Shown here one piece after another: positions 61,908 to 64,000 of a stretch of DNA of 64,000 nucleotides. This DNA comes from Heterodontus francisci (taxonomy: Eukaryota). Position numbers and translations under genes: made by a program. Below the pieces are notes generated by a model. The model saw only the letters and a program-made list of their open reading frames with translations. It was not told the origin of the DNA and did not search any database. The stretch covers positions 90,189,691 to 90,253,690 of the forward strand of contig NC_090387.1 of NCBI RefSeq assembly GCF_036365525.1, read 5' to 3'. Position 1 is the first letter of the stretch. Every line of letters starts with the position of its first letter.

Positions 61908-63950
61908 AATGACTGTCCAAAGACCATTAGCTAACTCTGGACTAAATCCAGTACATAAGAGTTCAACTCCCGCCATAGTTGTTTGATATTTTCAATTCAG
62001 TTTTCAAAAATCTATAAACAAAATATGGTAACAGCCAAAGTGACCATGAATTTGTCGTGTTTCTCCTAAAACCCGAGCTGGTTTATTAATGTCTGTCAGA
62101 GAACGCCATCTGGCACCCTTAACCGGTCCGCTCTGTCCGTGACTCCTGTCCACATTAACGTGGTTGACTCTTAACTTTTATCTGAAGTCTCCTGACAATC
62201 CCACCATCAACTACTAAGGGCAGCTAGGGATAAGCAATAAGTGTTGGCCTTGCCAGCGATGACCACAGCTCCAGCATAAATGTAAAATCCTGCAGAATAC
62301 CACGAGCTGAACATACAAGTTTTGCTATTTATTGTTCACGCGTGTGCCCAGACCACGGAAGCGGAACTCTGGATGCATTTATTGCAATGTGAAAAAAAAA
62401 CACGAGGAGACAGGTGACAAGAAATTGGCATTCCTTTCAGGTGCCTGGTTCTTCTATCATACTATTCAACTGAATTTGGAACAACCCCAACAATCTTTGC
62501 CTACACTCCTTGGGCGGAATTTGTTTCTTTGCTGCACAGGCTGCGAGGCCGAGCACACACTGAGAAGCTTATCGGAAAATTGTGCGTTATTGTCCGCCAT
62601 TTCCCATAAATTGAAATCAATGGACAGAAATGTATTGGCATTAACTCGAGGTTTTCCGATATATACCGTCTGCTGCATGAAATTACCGACCTTGGGAAGC
62701 GAACAAAAACCCCAACACATCACCAAAGCTGACTCTTTCAGTAACTGCTTTCCCTGATGTATGTTCGACATTTGTTTTCCATTTGTATCCCGAGTCCTAA
62801 TTCTTCTCCACATTTAAGTCGTCAAAGTCCCTGCAGTGAAAGAACGAGAGATGGATATAGATATAGATGGAAAAATATGAATACTTATATAATTAGATAC
62901 GTATTATATAGAAATAGATGTAAATGTTATGACATTCTGAATGAATAAACACTGAACGTAGGATTCTAAGTGTAGTCCAGAAGGTGACTGCCGAGCTTCA
63001 AATAATCTCTTGTGTTCCACATTCTAATAATTGTTTGCAGAATTCTATTCTCTATTTACTTGTTTGAACATTGAAAGTGACCTGACTACAGTTGTCCCAG
63101 ACTCCCCTCTGTCACCCTGTGCTAATTCAATTCCATCCATTCTATAATTGCAACACAGATTTTCCAATTCCGCTCAATTTCATAACATGATCTAAATGGT
63201 TTTTACTATTTCTGCTGACACAAATGTGTAGCTTCCAGTATATAAACCTTGACAGCTGCCGGTTATTTCAAGCAGTAACTCCTGTCAATAGACTGCAGGG
63301 ATGAACTTTGATCCCTCATTTTTGTTAATTTTCTTGACCTGGAAATAGCACGGGGTTTCCATAACTTAATGGAATATTCACGGAACTCTCAGAGAACCGG
63401 CCTAAAGAGCGTTTTCAGCCATTTCCCCCATTTCTCCGGGGATTCTCGTAATCACGAAGCCAAGTGAGATCAGGAGACGGGTTGTAGCTCTGTCGAGTTT
63501 TGAAGACAGATTTTCGCAAAATACCGCTTGGCGTTAAACAACAAATGCATGTGGGGAGCACACAAACATATATCTGGTTGGTAGAATCACACTCCCCAAG
63601 GAATTTTCTTTACATTCATTTCAATGGAGGGAAAAGGCATCGGGTCCTGTTGCCAGCAGCGCCTTCCCCGGAGTTTCCATTCTGCGCTCAGGGCTGGCGA
63701 TGCTTAAAGCCGAGTCGGTAAAGACCAGACCCTCTTTTCACTGTCCCACAAACTGCTTATTTTTGTAAATAAGACTCATTCCGCCTGGTGGGCACTGATG
63801 GCGCAGGCAGACACAGGGCAACAGTGACTGATATCGCATCCATTCATTTAACGGATGGACTATGGAGTTGCAGTTTCCGTCCCTGCTCGCGTCCTTCTAC
63901 ACACGGAGAGCCCAACCGAACATAACAAGATATATATGTTTGTCCTTCAG

Positions 63951-64000
63951 TCCATGCAGGGCACAGCCGATGTGATGGCGCCTTATGCTGAACTCGAGAT
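63951..64000 (+). CDS. Candidate cytoplasmic exon with ITIM-like YAEL (runs off the window)
   Basis: Acceptor tgtttgtccttcag; phase 0 reads SMQGTADVMAPYAELE(I). Confidence 0.45.

Noticed and set aside
61905-61935. Remainder of exon 6 (NDCPKTIS*) beyond the CR1
   Set aside because: The sequence matches the head of the SINE at about 61910-62285, not host exon.
62332-62813. 141 aa (+) and 115 aa (-) ORFs as standalone genes
   Set aside because: No recognisable domain; only 62352-62413 is kept as a speculative exon.
1-64000. CRISPR arrays, operons or prokaryotic defence systems
   Set aside because: The sequence is eukaryotic (spliced gene, vertebrate SINEs/LINEs) and no regularly spaced repeats were seen.

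Overview
Vertebrate (non-microbial) genomic DNA, almost certainly from an elasmobranch (shark or ray), judging by HE1/V-SINEs, DeuSINEs and abundant CR1/HER1-type LINEs. Most of the window is transposable elements: CR1, L2, RTE, Tx1-like and Penelope retroelements, Harbinger/PIF remnants and a deleted Gmr1-like LTR retrotransposon (11755-18133). Two things stand out. (1) A complete-boundary endogenous retrovirus on the minus strand (37922-49794, ACCA target-site duplication). It has gag (MHR plus CCHC), protease, a QYVDDLL reverse transcriptase, a tether plus a second RNase H, no integrase, and an env shaped like a paramyxovirus/pneumovirus F-type class I fusion protein. This is the lokiretrovirus-type architecture. 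The virus sits in a five-level nest of insertions. (2) One spliced host gene on the plus strand from 53834: leader, a germline-joined VJ-type Ig domain, a C1-set domain, a TM segment and a cytoplasmic tail with candidate tyrosine/ITIM-like exons running off the window end. This is a non-rearranging antigen-receptor-like (NKp30/SIRP/VJ-C1-type) receptor. Also present: a degenerate intron-containing tRNA-Pro(TGG) and several Penelope-type minimal hammerhead ribozyme motifs. All calls were made by eye; repeat boundaries are approximate unless a TSD is quoted.
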